The position numbers and the translations under genes were made by a program. From NCBI GenBank assembly GCA_030627705.1, contig DAOVTE010000002.1, forward strand, positions 1 to 41,541: DNA of 41,541 bases, given 5' to 3'. The notes below the pieces were generated by a model. It was given only the letters and a program-made list of their open reading frames with translations, ran no database searches and was not told where the DNA came from. The stretch is from Bacteroidales bacterium (GTDB lineage: Bacteria > Bacteroidota > Bacteroidia > Bacteroidales > JAFGXI01). This document shows, one piece after another, positions 10,467 through 20,700 of the stretch (positions are counted from its first letter, which is position 1; each line of letters starts with the position of its first letter).

Positions 10467-10999
10467 ATAACTTTAGAATATTTATTAAATAAATCCCAAA
10501 GGATAATACCAGTAGTTACCGAAATATTAAAAGAGTGTTTTGTACCAAATTGCGGAATTTCAATACAGTTATCAGAAGCATTAATCACTTCTTGTTTTAC
10601 TCCTTTTACTTCGTTTCCTAGAATTAGCGCATATTTTGTATTATTCTCAATAAGAAAATCATTAAGCATTACACTATTTTCTACTTGTTCTATCGATATT
10701 ATTTTGTAGCCATTACTCTTGAGTTCGCTAACAGCATCTAAAGTATTTGCGAAATATTTCCATTCTACAGAATCTTCTGCTCCAAGTGCGGTTTTGTGTA
10801 TATCTTTATTTGGTGGACAAGCAGAAATCCCACACAAATATATTTTTTCTATTAAAAAAGCGTCAGCAGTTCTAAAAACCGAACCAATATTATTTAAGCT
10901 TCTAATATTATCAAGAACTACAACAAAAGGAGATTTCTTGGTGTTTTTAAATTCCTCTATGCTAATTCTATTTAATTCTATGTTTTTTAACTTCTTCAT
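10463..10999 (-). CDS. TrmH/SpoU-family RNA methyltransferase
   Basis: VVLDNIRSLNNIGSVFRTADAF, LGNEVKGV, IPQFGTKHSFNISV SPOUT motifs. Overlaps the ybeY stop by 4 nt (convergent). Confidence 0.92.
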   Translation of the reverse strand: MKKLKNIELNRISIEEFKNTKKSPFVVVLDNIRSLNNIGSVFRTADAFLIEKIYLCGISACPPNKDIHKTALGAEDSVEWKYFANTLDAVSELKSNGYKIISIEQVENSVMLNDFLIENNTKYALILGNEVKGVKQEVINASDNCIEIPQFGTKHSFNISVTTGIILWDLFNKYSKVI

Positions 11000-11009
11000 T
11001 TTTTTAAAG

Positions 11010-11047
11010 AAAAAACCCTGTCTGGTTCACAAAACCAGGCAGGGTTG
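11010..11047 (-). terminator. Intrinsic terminator after metK
   Basis: Minus strand AACCCTGCCTGGTT-ttgtg-AACCAGACAGGGTT followed by a T run. Confidence 0.75.
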
Positions 11048-11060
11048 AACATTGTAATAT

Positions 11061-12332
11061 CTACAAACCAAATGCAGATTTGATTTTATCTACATAATCT
11101 AATTTTTCCCAAGTGAATAATTCTACTTCTATTTCTTTATCGCCAAAATATGTAGATTTATATACTTTTTTAATTGTTTGTGGTTTACGTCCCATATGCC
11201 CGTAAGCAGCAGTTTCTAAATAAATTGGATTACGTAATTTTAATCTCTGCTCTATTGCAGCAGGACGAAGGTCAAAAATCTCTTTAATTTTATTAGCAAT
11301 TTCGCCATCGCTTAAATCAATATTTGATTTGCCATAAGTGTCAACAAAAACACCAACTGGCTCAGCAACCCCAATTGCATATGATAGCTGAACAAGTACT
11401 TCTTCAGTAATACCTGCTGCAACCATATTTTTTGCAATATGTCTAGATGCATATGCCGCAGAACGGTCTACTTTACTAGGGTCTTTTCCAGAGAAAGCGC
11501 CACCACCATGAGCACCTTTCCCTCCGTAAGTATCAACAATAATTTTACGACCTGTTAAACCTGTATCACCGTGAGGACCACCAATAACAAATTTCCCTGT
11601 TGGATTCACGTGATAAATAATCTCATTATCGAAAAGTGCTTGAATTTCTTCTGATAATTTTGTTTTAACTCTTGGAATTAAAATATTAATTACATCAGAT
11701 TTAATTTGAGCTAACATCTTATTGTCATCATCTGTAATAAATTCATCATGTTGAGTTGAAACTACAATAGTGTTAATTCTTACAGGTTTGTCGTTATCAT
11801 CGTATTCAATAGTTACTTGTGATTTAGAATCAGGACGAAGATATTTCATTTCTTTACCTTCTCTTCTAATATTAGCTAACTCTACTAAAATTAAATGCGA
11901 CAAATCTAATGATAAGGGCATATAATTAGCTGTTTCTTTACTAGCATAACCAAACATCATTCCCTGATCTCCAGCACCTTGTTCTTTAGCTTCGTTATTG
12001 TTGTTGTCCGAATCAACTCCACGGTTAATATCGTCTGATTGTTCGTGTATTGCACTTAAAACACCACAAGAATTACCATCGAATTGATATTCGCTTTTTG
12101 TGTATCCAATTTTGTTAATTACTTCTCGTGCAATTTCTTGTACGTCTACATAAGTAGTAGACTTAACTTCGCCTGCAAGAACAACTTGACCTGTAGTTAC
12201 TAAAGTTTCTATTGCTACTTTAGAATTAGGGTCGAAAGCTAAAAATCTGTCTAATAATGCATCTGAAATCTGATCAGAAACTTTGTCTGGATGTCCTTCA
12301 GAAACTGATTCTGATGTAAATAAATATCCCAT
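11061..12332 (-). CDS. metK: S-adenosylmethionine synthetase
   Basis: [56 protein letters not shown]. Confidence 0.99.
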   Translation of the reverse strand: MGYLFTSESVSEGHPDKVSDQISDALLDRFLAFDPNSKVAIETLVTTGQVVLAGEVKSTTYVDVQEIAREVINKIGYTKSEYQFDGNSCGVLSAIHEQSDDINRGVDSDNNNNEAKEQGAGDQGMMFGYASKETANYMPLSLDLSHLILVELANIRREGKEMKYLRPDSKSQVTIEYDDNDKPVRINTIVVSTQHDEFITDDDNKMLAQIKSDVINILIPRVKTKLSEEIQALFDNEIIYHVNPTGKFVIGGPHGDTGLTGRKIIVDTYGGKGAHGGGAFSGKDPSKVDRSAAYASRHIAKNMVAAGITEEVLVQLSYAIGVAEPVGVFVDTYGKSNIDLSDGEIANKIKEIFDLRPAAIEQRLKLRNPIYLETAAYGHMGRKPQTIKKVYKSTYFGDKEIEVELFTWEKLDYVDKIKSAFGL

Positions 12333-12404
12333 TATATTATAGTTTTATTAAATAATAAATTTATTGTAAGTGGGATTTGCTTTGGCTGAAGTAACTAGAA
12401 ATAA

Positions 12405-12453
12405 ATTTTAGCATTTTTTCAAGTGGTTGCAATCATAGCAAATCTTTCCACAA
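12405..12453 (-). ncRNA. SAM-II class riboswitch aptamer in the metK leader
   Basis: Minus strand GUGG-aaa-GAUUU-gcuaug-AUUGC-AA-CCAC-uugaaaaaau-GCUAAA. This gives P1 GUGG/CCAC, L1 GAUUU, and P2b AUUGC pairing GCUAA with the bulged U, as in the SAM-II pseudoknot. Sits upstream of metK. Confidence 0.82.
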
Positions 12454-12461
12454 ATTCTTTG

Positions 12462-12469
12462 CAAAGGTA
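12462..12469 (-). promoter_or_regulatory. Bacteroidota sigma-A -7 promoter element for metK
   Basis: TACCTTTG on the minus strand matches TAnnTTTG, about 10 nt upstream of the aptamer. Confidence 0.75.
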
Positions 12470-12509
12470 ATTTTTTTTAGGATTATTTCAAAAATTAATT
12501 TAGGTATTT

Positions 12510-15011
12510 CTACATAATAATAACTTTCTTAGTCAGTTCAGTATTATTTATGTTAATAACACAAGAATATACTCCTTTAGGTAGAACCCGGCCAGATTGA
12601 TCGGTTGACCTCCATTTATAAATATTATTTGCATTTAAATAAATAGAAGAATCAAATACTATTTTACCCAATATATTATATACTTTAAGGTTTGTGTTTT
12701 TGCTAAATGTATTTATATGGATATTTATATTATTACCAGATTTAACAGGATTTGGATAAATGGTTAAATTAGGAATTTTAGTTTTTGTGTTTGCATCAGT
12801 AATTATTGGGATTTCAGCTTTGTAGGCACTAAGTCCGTAAGTTCCAATATATAATTTTCTGCTTACTGTATGAAATTCCATTGCCATTACTGGAACATTT
12901 GGAATAGAGTTAGAAATAAAATCCCAACTAATGCCACCATTATCTGTCATATATACACCTGCGTCTGTTCCTACAAAAATTTGATTCTGAACGTTTGGAT
13001 CTAAAATTATTGTATTTACAGGTACTTCTGGTAAATTACCATCTATTGCAAGCCAAGTTTGTCCTAAATTTACTGATTTATAAATGTGTGAGTAATGCTC
13101 GTCCCATCTAAACCCAGAAACTGTCGCATATATTGTGTTAATATTAAAAGGGTCTGTTTTTACTCTAGTAATCCACCTATCAGGTAACCCAGAAGATATA
13201 TCAAACCAGTTTCCTCCATCATTAGTAGTTATGTATACTTTTCCATCGGCAGAACCGCTAAGTATTATGTTTGAATTTATTTTAGAAATATCAATACTCG
13301 TAATAGTGTGGAATGAGTTCGTACCGCCTTTTGTTAAATCACTGCTTATGCTTGTCCAATTATCACCTCTATCTATTGATTTATGAATTCTATAAGTTCC
13401 TGCATACAAAGTATTTGAATTTGTAGGATGCAACATATACGGAGTAGACCAATTAGTTCTACTATCGTTTATATTTATATTAGTCCAATCGCTAATATTA
13501 TTATCAATTCTATACATTCCTCCCCATTGATATTCGCAATAAACTGTGTTAGGATTGTTGTAATCAACTAAACAATACATCCCATCTCCACCCAAAATAC
13601 CTTCCCAGTCGTCTATATTACCAGTTGCGGTTCTAATAGAATTATTATCTTGAGTACCGCCATATAGTCTGTTAATATTTGTAGAATCTAGTGCTATATC
13701 ATAAAATTGTGTTAGAGGAATATTGTTTTGTTTATACCAATTATTACCATTATTGTTAGTGTAATACAAACCTCCATCATTTCCACACCAAGCTTTATTG
13801 TCAATAAATTTTAAAGCGTGATGATCTACATGCATATCACCATTTTCAGTCCAATTATTCCCATCTTCGGTTTTAAAAAATTTCTGTCCTAATGCAAATA
13901 CTCTATTTTCGTTTGTAGGATCTACCCTTATTTGCCCAAAATACCAACCGAAAGATGCGTTAATACTAGATAAAATGCTATCGTTGGTTTGTGTCCAAAT
14001 TAATCCTCCATTAGTTGTTTTATAAATTTCAGATTGATAATTACTTTTATCATAAATTGCATATAAAACATTTGGGTTAGATTCGGAGATAGAAATTCCT
14101 ATTCTACCTACATCACTACCAGTGGGTAATCCATTAGTTAATTCGTTCCAGTTATTCCCACCATCTACTGTTTTCCATATTCCAGAACTATTTCCAAACG
14201 AGCGTCTATATTCTTTTCCTCTAAAACGCTCCCACATTGCTGCATATAACGTATCTGGATTATTTGGATGTTGAACTATATCTACACCAGATGTTGAGTC
14301 GGTTAAATAAAGAATTTTTTCCCAATTTATGCCACCATCTATTGTTCTATAAATTCCTCTATCAGGATTTTTTGTGAATAGATTACCGCATGCGGCAACA
14401 TATATTCTTGAAGAGTTATTGTAATCAACTATTACTCGGCCTATGTAAGCAGAAAAATCTAAACCTATATAGTTCCAGGTACTTCCTGCATTGTCAGACT
14501 TATAAATACCGCTACCAAGAAAAGTATTACTAGATGAGTTTGATTCTCCAGTTCCTGCGTATATAATATTTTCGTTATTAGGATCTATTGCAATATCACC
14601 AATTCCTATTGTTGGAATGTTTGTGAAAATATTTGTCCAATTTGCACCATCGTCTATTGATTTTAAAATCCCTCCAGATGCAGCTCCAACATATATTGTA
14701 GATGGACTATTTGGGTGTATTTCTATATCTGATATTCGTCCGCCAATATTTGTTGGTCCGGCGAACTCCCAAATAATATTATTTGTAGATTTATTTTGCT
14801 GCCTTATTTCTTTCATTGCAGCTAAATAGTTTTTTTGATTTATTTTACCTTCGGGATATGTTCTTTGGTAATCAAACCATTCTGATGGATAATTATTCTT
14901 TTGCTGATAAGTGTTAGTTGTTTCTGATATGCTATCTTTGAAAGTAACAATGCTATTAAAAAGTATTATTGTTAATGTAATAAGTATAATAACGGGAAGT
15001 TGTTTTCTCAT
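12510..15011 (-). CDS. Secreted BNR/Asp-box (Vps10/sortilin-like) beta-propeller protein with T9SS type A CTD
   Basis: Many S/TxDGGxxW Asp-box repeats, WEFAGPTNIGGRI, HVDHH; C-terminal IYPNP...GVYS..KKVII. Confidence 0.85.
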   Translation of the reverse strand: MRKQLPVIILITLTIILFNSIVTFKDSISETTNTYQQKNNYPSEWFDYQRTYPEGKINQKNYLAAMKEIRQQNKSTNNIIWEFAGPTNIGGRISDIEIHPNSPSTIYVGAASGGILKSIDDGANWTNIFTNIPTIGIGDIAIDPNNENIIYAGTGESNSSSNTFLGSGIYKSDNAGSTWNYIGLDFSAYIGRVIVDYNNSSRIYVAACGNLFTKNPDRGIYRTIDGGINWEKILYLTDSTSGVDIVQHPNNPDTLYAAMWERFRGKEYRRSFGNSSGIWKTVDGGNNWNELTNGLPTGSDVGRIGISISESNPNVLYAIYDKSNYQSEIYKTTNGGLIWTQTNDSILSSINASFGWYFGQIRVDPTNENRVFALGQKFFKTEDGNNWTENGDMHVDHHALKFIDNKAWCGNDGGLYYTNNNGNNWYKQNNIPLTQFYDIALDSTNINRLYGGTQDNNSIRTATGNIDDWEGILGGDGMYCLVDYNNPNTVYCEYQWGGMYRIDNNISDWTNININDSRTNWSTPYMLHPTNSNTLYAGTYRIHKSIDRGDNWTSISSDLTKGGTNSFHTITSIDISKINSNIILSGSADGKVYITTNDGGNWFDISSGLPDRWITRVKTDPFNINTIYATVSGFRWDEHYSHIYKSVNLGQTWLAIDGNLPEVPVNTIILDPNVQNQIFVGTDAGVYMTDNGGISWDFISNSIPNVPVMAMEFHTVSRKLYIGTYGLSAYKAEIPIITDANTKTKIPNLTIYPNPVKSGNNINIHINTFSKNTNLKVYNILGKIVFDSSIYLNANNIYKWRSTDQSGRVLPKGVYSCVININNTELTKKVIIM

Positions 15012-15025
15012 AGTTATATTTTTCT

Positions 15026-15955
15026 CTAAGATACAGATTTTTTTAATAATATTTGGATTTTTTCAATTTTATCATCCAATGTAAAATAGCCATCTAACCA
15101 ATTTATTTTAAAGCCATTTTTTTCCATTCTTCTAAACCATGTCATTTGGCGTTTTGCAAATCTATGTATTGATGTTTCTAGCTGCGTAAACATCTCGTGG
15201 TATGTTATTTTTTTGGTTAAGTAAAGTGCTAAATATTTGTATTCTAAACCGTAGTATATTAGATTTTCTACTGATACTCCAGAGTCTAATAAATTCTGAG
15301 CTTCGTTAATCATTCCTTCATCTAACCTAATTTTAAGCCTTTCTGTAATTCTCCTTCGGCGAGAATCTCTATCGAATTTAATACCAATTATTAAACTATT
15401 AATTTGTGGGAATGAAAAATCTGTATCTGGATTTTGCTTGTAATATTCTTGAATTTCTATTGCTCTAATTGCTCTTTTTTGATTAGAAAAATCTGATGTA
15501 TTATGTGTAGTTTTGTATGATTCTAATATGCTAGTTAGTTCTTCTAAACTATATTTATATAGCTTGTTTCGTAAAGCATTATTATCTGGAACTTTAATAA
15601 GTTTGTAGCCTTTAAGCACAGATTCTATGTACATTCCTGTGCCTCCACACATTATTGGAGTTTTGTTTCGGCTATTAATATTATTGAATGATTGTAGAAA
15701 ATCGTTCTGGAATTCGTAAACAGAATATTTGTATCCTGCATTATGTATATCTATTAAATGATATTTAATTTGTTTGCCATTTATTATGTAATCGCCTATA
15801 TCTTTGCCTGTACCAATATCCATACCTTTATATACTTGGCGCGAATCGGCAGAAATTATCTCTCCGTTTAATAAAGAAGCTAATTTAGTTGCTACTTGTG
15901 TTTTTCCTCCCGCGGTAGCTCCTAGTATTGTTATTAAGTTGTGGCTTGTTTCCAA
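15026..15955 (-). CDS. miaA: tRNA dimethylallyltransferase
   Basis: P-loop GATAGGKT, ISADSRQVYKGMDIGTGKD, CGGTGMY, FAKRQMTWFR. TTG start uncertain. Confidence 0.93.
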   Translation of the reverse strand: METSHNLITILGATAGGKTQVATKLASLLNGEIISADSRQVYKGMDIGTGKDIGDYIINGKQIKYHLIDIHNAGYKYSVYEFQNDFLQSFNNINSRNKTPIMCGGTGMYIESVLKGYKLIKVPDNNALRNKLYKYSLEELTSILESYKTTHNTSDFSNQKRAIRAIEIQEYYKQNPDTDFSFPQINSLIIGIKFDRDSRRRRITERLKIRLDEGMINEAQNLLDSGVSVENLIYYGLEYKYLALYLTKKITYHEMFTQLETSIHRFAKRQMTWFRRMEKNGFKINWLDGYFTLDDKIEKIQILLKKSVS

Positions 15956-16073
15956 GGTGTTTTTTCTTATATCGTTATTACCATTGTAGTTAATATTTCG
16001 AAATTACAGGTTTTTTTATATTTCTACTTTGTCTAATGTAATTTTTTAATAAAGAATTTGTTTATAAGTAATG

Positions 16074-16116
16074 CTAACATTCCTGTTCGCTATATAAACA
16101 CAAACAAGAATGTTAG
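16074..16116 (-). terminator. Long stem-loop downstream of the DUF4870-like gene (terminator or stabilising hairpin)
   Basis: Minus strand CTAACATTCTTGTTTG...CGAACAGGAATGTTAG, a 16-bp stem with G-U pairs; U-tract weak. Confidence 0.5.
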
Positions 16117-16144
16117 TTTTACATCGTACCTTATTTGTTTTTTA

Positions 16145-16498
16145 TTAATTTCCCACACTAGAGAAAATGTTCTGAAAAAAACTATCAATAAAAGGTAGGG
16201 GTTTTGTAACTCCATTTACTGCATTAATTAAAGCTAATAACCAGAAAATAAAACCTCCAATATACAAAGCGGTTACTATTAATGCTCCTAAGAAAGGAAT
16301 AAAAGCAAAAGGTATTGCTACAATAAAAATGGCAATAAATGCAAGGTTTAAACCTAAACCATCACGCAAGTGATACTTATTAAATTCAGTTTTATCTTTT
16401 TCGTGTATAATAAGTGCAATTACCCATCCAATTATTGTAATATATGATAAAATTGCAACTATATTTTCTTCATTTGTTTTTTGTTGATTATTTTCCAT
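16145..16498 (-). CDS. DUF4870-like small membrane protein
   Basis: AILSYITIIGWVIAL, FNKYHLRDGLGL, LINAVNG..KPLP; three TM segments. Confidence 0.75.
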   Translation of the reverse strand: MENNQQKTNEENIVAILSYITIIGWVIALIIHEKDKTEFNKYHLRDGLGLNLAFIAIFIVAIPFAFIPFLGALIVTALYIGGFIFWLLALINAVNGVTKPLPFIDSFFQNIFSSVGN

Positions 16499-16582
16499 TA
16501 TTTATATGTTAAGTTATTATTATTGTAAAGATAAATTTATTTATTTTGTTTTATTAAACTTTATATAGATTTTTGTAGTCAA

Positions 16583-17143
16583 ATGTCGATGAATATTAAA
16601 AATAGAATAAAAGGAATTTTATTTAGTCCAAACCTAGAATGGGAAATTATTAATAGTAGTAATATTAAAACCTCTACTATTATTGTGAATTATTTATTGT
16701 TTTTAGTTGGTTTAAGTTCTGTAACCTTATTTACAGGGTTAATACTTAAAATAGGATTTGATTTAGGTATAATGTATATTCTTAAATATGTATTAGTATA
16801 TTTTATTTTGGTAAGTTTTTGGTTCATTTTTATAAGCTTAGTAATAAATAAAGTATTTTTGTTTGGTTTTAAAATTAATCAAAGTTTTAATGAAACAATA
16901 ACATTAATAATTTTTGGAAGTATTCCAATTTTAGTTTTTTCCATTGTTACTAATCTGTTTATATATAGTAGTCATTTATTTTTAACATTCTTGTCAATTG
17001 TTTATTCGTTGTATATTATTTGGCAAGGATTGTTAAAGCAAAATAAATTAAAAGATGAAACTAGGCTTATAATTTCTGTTGTTTATGGAGTTTTTATCTT
17101 AACATTATATTTTATGTTTAGATTTTTTAATGAATATATTTAA
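16583..17143 (+). CDS. Yip1-family membrane protein
   Basis: RIKGILFSPNLEWEII N-terminal motif, five hydrophobic segments, YSLYIIWQG. Confidence 0.7.
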   Translation: MSMNIKNRIKGILFSPNLEWEIINSSNIKTSTIIVNYLLFLVGLSSVTLFTGLILKIGFDLGIMYILKYVLVYFILVSFWFIFISLVINKVFLFGFKINQSFNETITLIIFGSIPILVFSIVTNLFIYSSHLFLTFLSIVYSLYIIWQGLLKQNKLKDETRLIISVVYGVFILTLYFMFRFFNEYI

Positions 17144-17194
17144 GTTTAGGTAATAACATCGTATTTTAGAGTAGACTTGTAAATAAATAATAAT

Positions 17195-17650
17195 TTGAAA
17201 GATAAGAATCAAAATATAGATATTAAGAATAAGAAAGCAAGATTTCTTTATGAAATTATTGAAGTTTATACAGCTGGAATTCAGTTGTATGGAACCGAAA
17301 TAAAATCTATACGACAAAGTAAAATTAGCTTTACAGATTCCTATTGTTCGTTTATTGGTAGCGAGCTGTGGGTTAGGGCTTTACATATTTCTGAATATGA
17401 TCATGGAAACAGAAATAATCACGAAATAAAAAGAGATAGAAAATTATTGCTAACAAAACGCGAGCTTAAAAAGCTAAATAAAAGTAGTATAATAAAAGGA
17501 TTAACGATTATTCCTATACGAATTTTTATTAACGAAAAAGGACTTGCAAAATTAGAAATAGGGTTAGGTAGAGGAAAAAGAGAGTTCGATAAACGTAATG
17601 ATCTTAAAACAAAAGATGCAAAAAGAGATATTGATAGAATGAATAGCTAA
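17195..17650 (+). CDS. smpB: SsrA-binding protein
   Basis: NKKARFLYEI, AGIQLYGTEIKSIR, RDRKLLL, GRGKREFDKR; TTG start. Confidence 0.97.
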   Translation: MKDKNQNIDIKNKKARFLYEIIEVYTAGIQLYGTEIKSIRQSKISFTDSYCSFIGSELWVRALHISEYDHGNRNNHEIKRDRKLLLTKRELKKLNKSSIIKGLTIIPIRIFINEKGLAKLEIGLGRGKREFDKRNDLKTKDAKRDIDRMNS

Positions 17651-17661
17651 CTGTATTATTC

Positions 17662-17707
17662 AAAAAAAAAGTCTAGATTTTGCTTTAAGCAGTTAATCTA
17701 GACTCTT
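17662..17707. terminator. Terminator between convergent smpB and adhesin gene
   Basis: A9-GTCTAGATT...AATCTAGAC-TCTT inverted repeat; strong U-tract on the minus strand. Confidence 0.8.
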
Positions 17708-17716
17708 CCTATTAAT

Positions 17717-20700
17717 TTATCTTATTAAAGTTATTGTTCCAACAGATTTATGGTCTAATCCTGTTTTTTCTTTGTAATTTACTACCCAGTTAAAAACACC
17801 CGTTGAACTAATTTCTCCAGATTTAATTCTTCCATCCCACGATTCGTGCATATTATTAGATGTAAACACAATTTCGCCCCATCTATCATAAATAATTAAT
17901 TCGAAATTATCATTGTCTATATTACTTCCAAAAATTTGCCAACTATCATTTATTCCATCATTATTTGGTGTAAATGCTGTAGGATAATAAAAAGCATGTT
18001 CATCTAATATCTTAATAGTTTCAGAAATGCTATCTATGCAATTATACGGCGACCTTACTACTAAATTAATAATATAATCACCAGAAATACCAAGATAAGT
18101 ATGTGTAGGATTTTTTAGATTGGATGTGTCAGAATCGCCAAAGTTCCAACTATAATATTTTGCATCTTCTGAGTAATCATTTAAACTTATTATTGGTTTA
18201 ACTGTAGTTAAAACCTTTGGTTTAACCGAAAAAACAGCTTTAGGTTTTTTATGTACTGTAATTAATTCATTAACAGATAGTGAGTTTCTACAGCCATCAT
18301 CTGTCTCAGCAATTAAGGTTATTGTATATGTTCCGTGCTCATAATATGTATGAGTTGGACTATTTTTAGTCGAAATATTATCATTATTCGTATAATCACC
18401 AAAATCCCAAGTAAACGAGTATTCATTACCACCAGAATATTGAGTAAAATTAATTTCTAAAGGCTGACAACCTTCAGTAATATCAGATTGCAGAGTAAAT
18501 TCTGGTAGAGGTAATATATTAACCGAAATTGTATCAGAAACAGGTAATGTACCACAGTCATCGCTTACGGTTACTCTTATAAATTCTTTTATAGGATTAG
18601 TAAGAAAATATGAATAGTTATCTGATATAATCATTCCGTTGTCTAAAGTTAAGGTGTAATTCCCATTTCCGCCACTTACAATTGAACTTAAAATTATAGG
18701 GTCGCCTTTACAAGCATAATTATCGCTAGTAGAAATATCAATCTCAAGAGCTAGATTTACTATTACAGTAACTGATACAGGGTCGCTTACACAACCATAT
18801 ACATCTTCTGAATACGTGATATAAGAAGAAGTAACTATTGGGCTAACTGTAATATCTTCTAAAGCAGAACCATTATCCCAATGGTGAATATATGGTGGAG
18901 TACCACCTGTAGCAGATGTATGTAATATCGTTGATTCTCCAATGCAAATTGTAGGATGAGTATTAACTGATGCTACAACTTCTGTTGGCTGATCTACAAA
19001 TATTGAGAAATTATTACGACATCCATTAGCATCGGTTATAGTTACGTAATAGCTACCAGATGGTACATTTGTAATACTTTGATTTGAAGTGTTATTAGAC
19101 CACGAATATGTAAATGGCGACGTGCCACCACTTGGTATTATAGTTGCTGTTCCATCACTATATCCGTAACAATATGTAGGCGTAGAAGTATTTGTAAAAG
19201 TTATTTCCGGTCTTTGGTTAATAATAAAAAAGGTGTCTATTGCGCAATTATTCTGATCGGTAACAGATACGTGATATATTCCAGGAGCTAAACTATCAAT
19301 ATTAGGTGTTGTTTCCCCATTATCCCAAGAATAAATATACCCTGGTGTTCCAGCCTGTACTTGAACATTAGCAGAACCAACATCTCCATAACTATAGCAG
19401 TCAATGTCTAGTTTAGAACCAGAAATCTGCATTTTTCCAGGCTGAGTAATAGTAGCTGTTGCAGTTGTTTGACAATTATGATTATCAGTAATAGTAACAG
19501 TAAATGTTCCTCTCGGCATATTAATCGCATTTTGTGTAACTGAACCATCAGACCAAGAGTACGTGTAAGGAGCTGTGCCACCAGTAGGATTAGATATTAT
19601 CTCACCAGAATTATCTTCGAAACATATTAAATTTACAGGTGTTAAGGTTGTTGTTAGAACTGCAGGTTCTATAATAGTGAAAGAAGAATCTCCAGGACAA
19701 CCATAACCGTCTATTACGGTAATATAATACGTTCCTGCAGCTAAATTGTAAATGCCATTTGTAGAATCACCTGTATTCCAGGCATATGTATAAGGTGATT
19801 GTCCGTTTGTTGGTGTTGCAAAAATACTTCCGTCTAAAAGACCATTACATGAGATATCTACACCAACAAAGTCGATTAATAAATCTGAAAAAGAAACGTT
19901 TATACTGTCTATTATCATTTGGCTACAAGGGTCTGTTATTGTCACGTAATATGTTGTATTTCCAAGAGGAATTGGTATGTTTATACTTTGCGATGTAGCT
20001 CCGGTAGACCATTGGTAATTTGCTACAGTTGAGTCTAAGTTTGTCCAAGCATCAAAAATAATATTTCCACCTGTTCCACCAGTACCACAAATTAATGTAT
20101 CGTTTTGTACAATTCCACCTTGTATTAGTGGAATATCAATAACTGTTATTGTGTCGAAAAGTAAGGTGGGAGTACAAGGGCAACCAGATAATAATTCTAA
20201 AACTAGATATTCGCCAGGGTCGCTAATAGCATCTAAAATACCATTATAATTTACCGATAAACAAGCTTGACCAGCAGGAATAGATAAGCTGGTAGGGAAA
20301 GTAGAAATATCTACACCATTTATTGCGGTACCTGTAATAGCCAAGCTAATAGGTACAGCTGCCGAAGCTGCTAAATTATTTGTGTCTACTCTACAAAAGT
20401 CGTAATAATTAGTACAACCTTCGTAAACAGTATTTGTTTGATTACCAACAGAAGTAAAACTATTCATAGATACAGGTGTACCAGATGAGAAACTACCTTC
20501 TTCTAAAAAAACAGATGAATCATACACTCTGTCTCCAGCATCACCAACAGCTAGTTTAATATGATATGTTTGACACATATTTACAATAATGGTTGCAGTT
20601 AATACCGTAGTATAACCATCGTATTCTATATGCCAGTTGTTTGTAGAATTATCAATATAATAGTTGCAATTTACGCATGGTCCAGCTGTAGGAGTGTTAG

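Noticed and set aside
15967-15984. Tiny upstream ORF MVITI* before miaA on the minus strand
   Set aside because: Five codons, no UNN sense codons that would sense MiaA modification, and expected by chance in AT-rich DNA.
17143-17716. tmRNA (ssrA) near smpB
   Set aside because: Flanking spacers are too short and lack GGGG...CCACCA tRNA-like ends.
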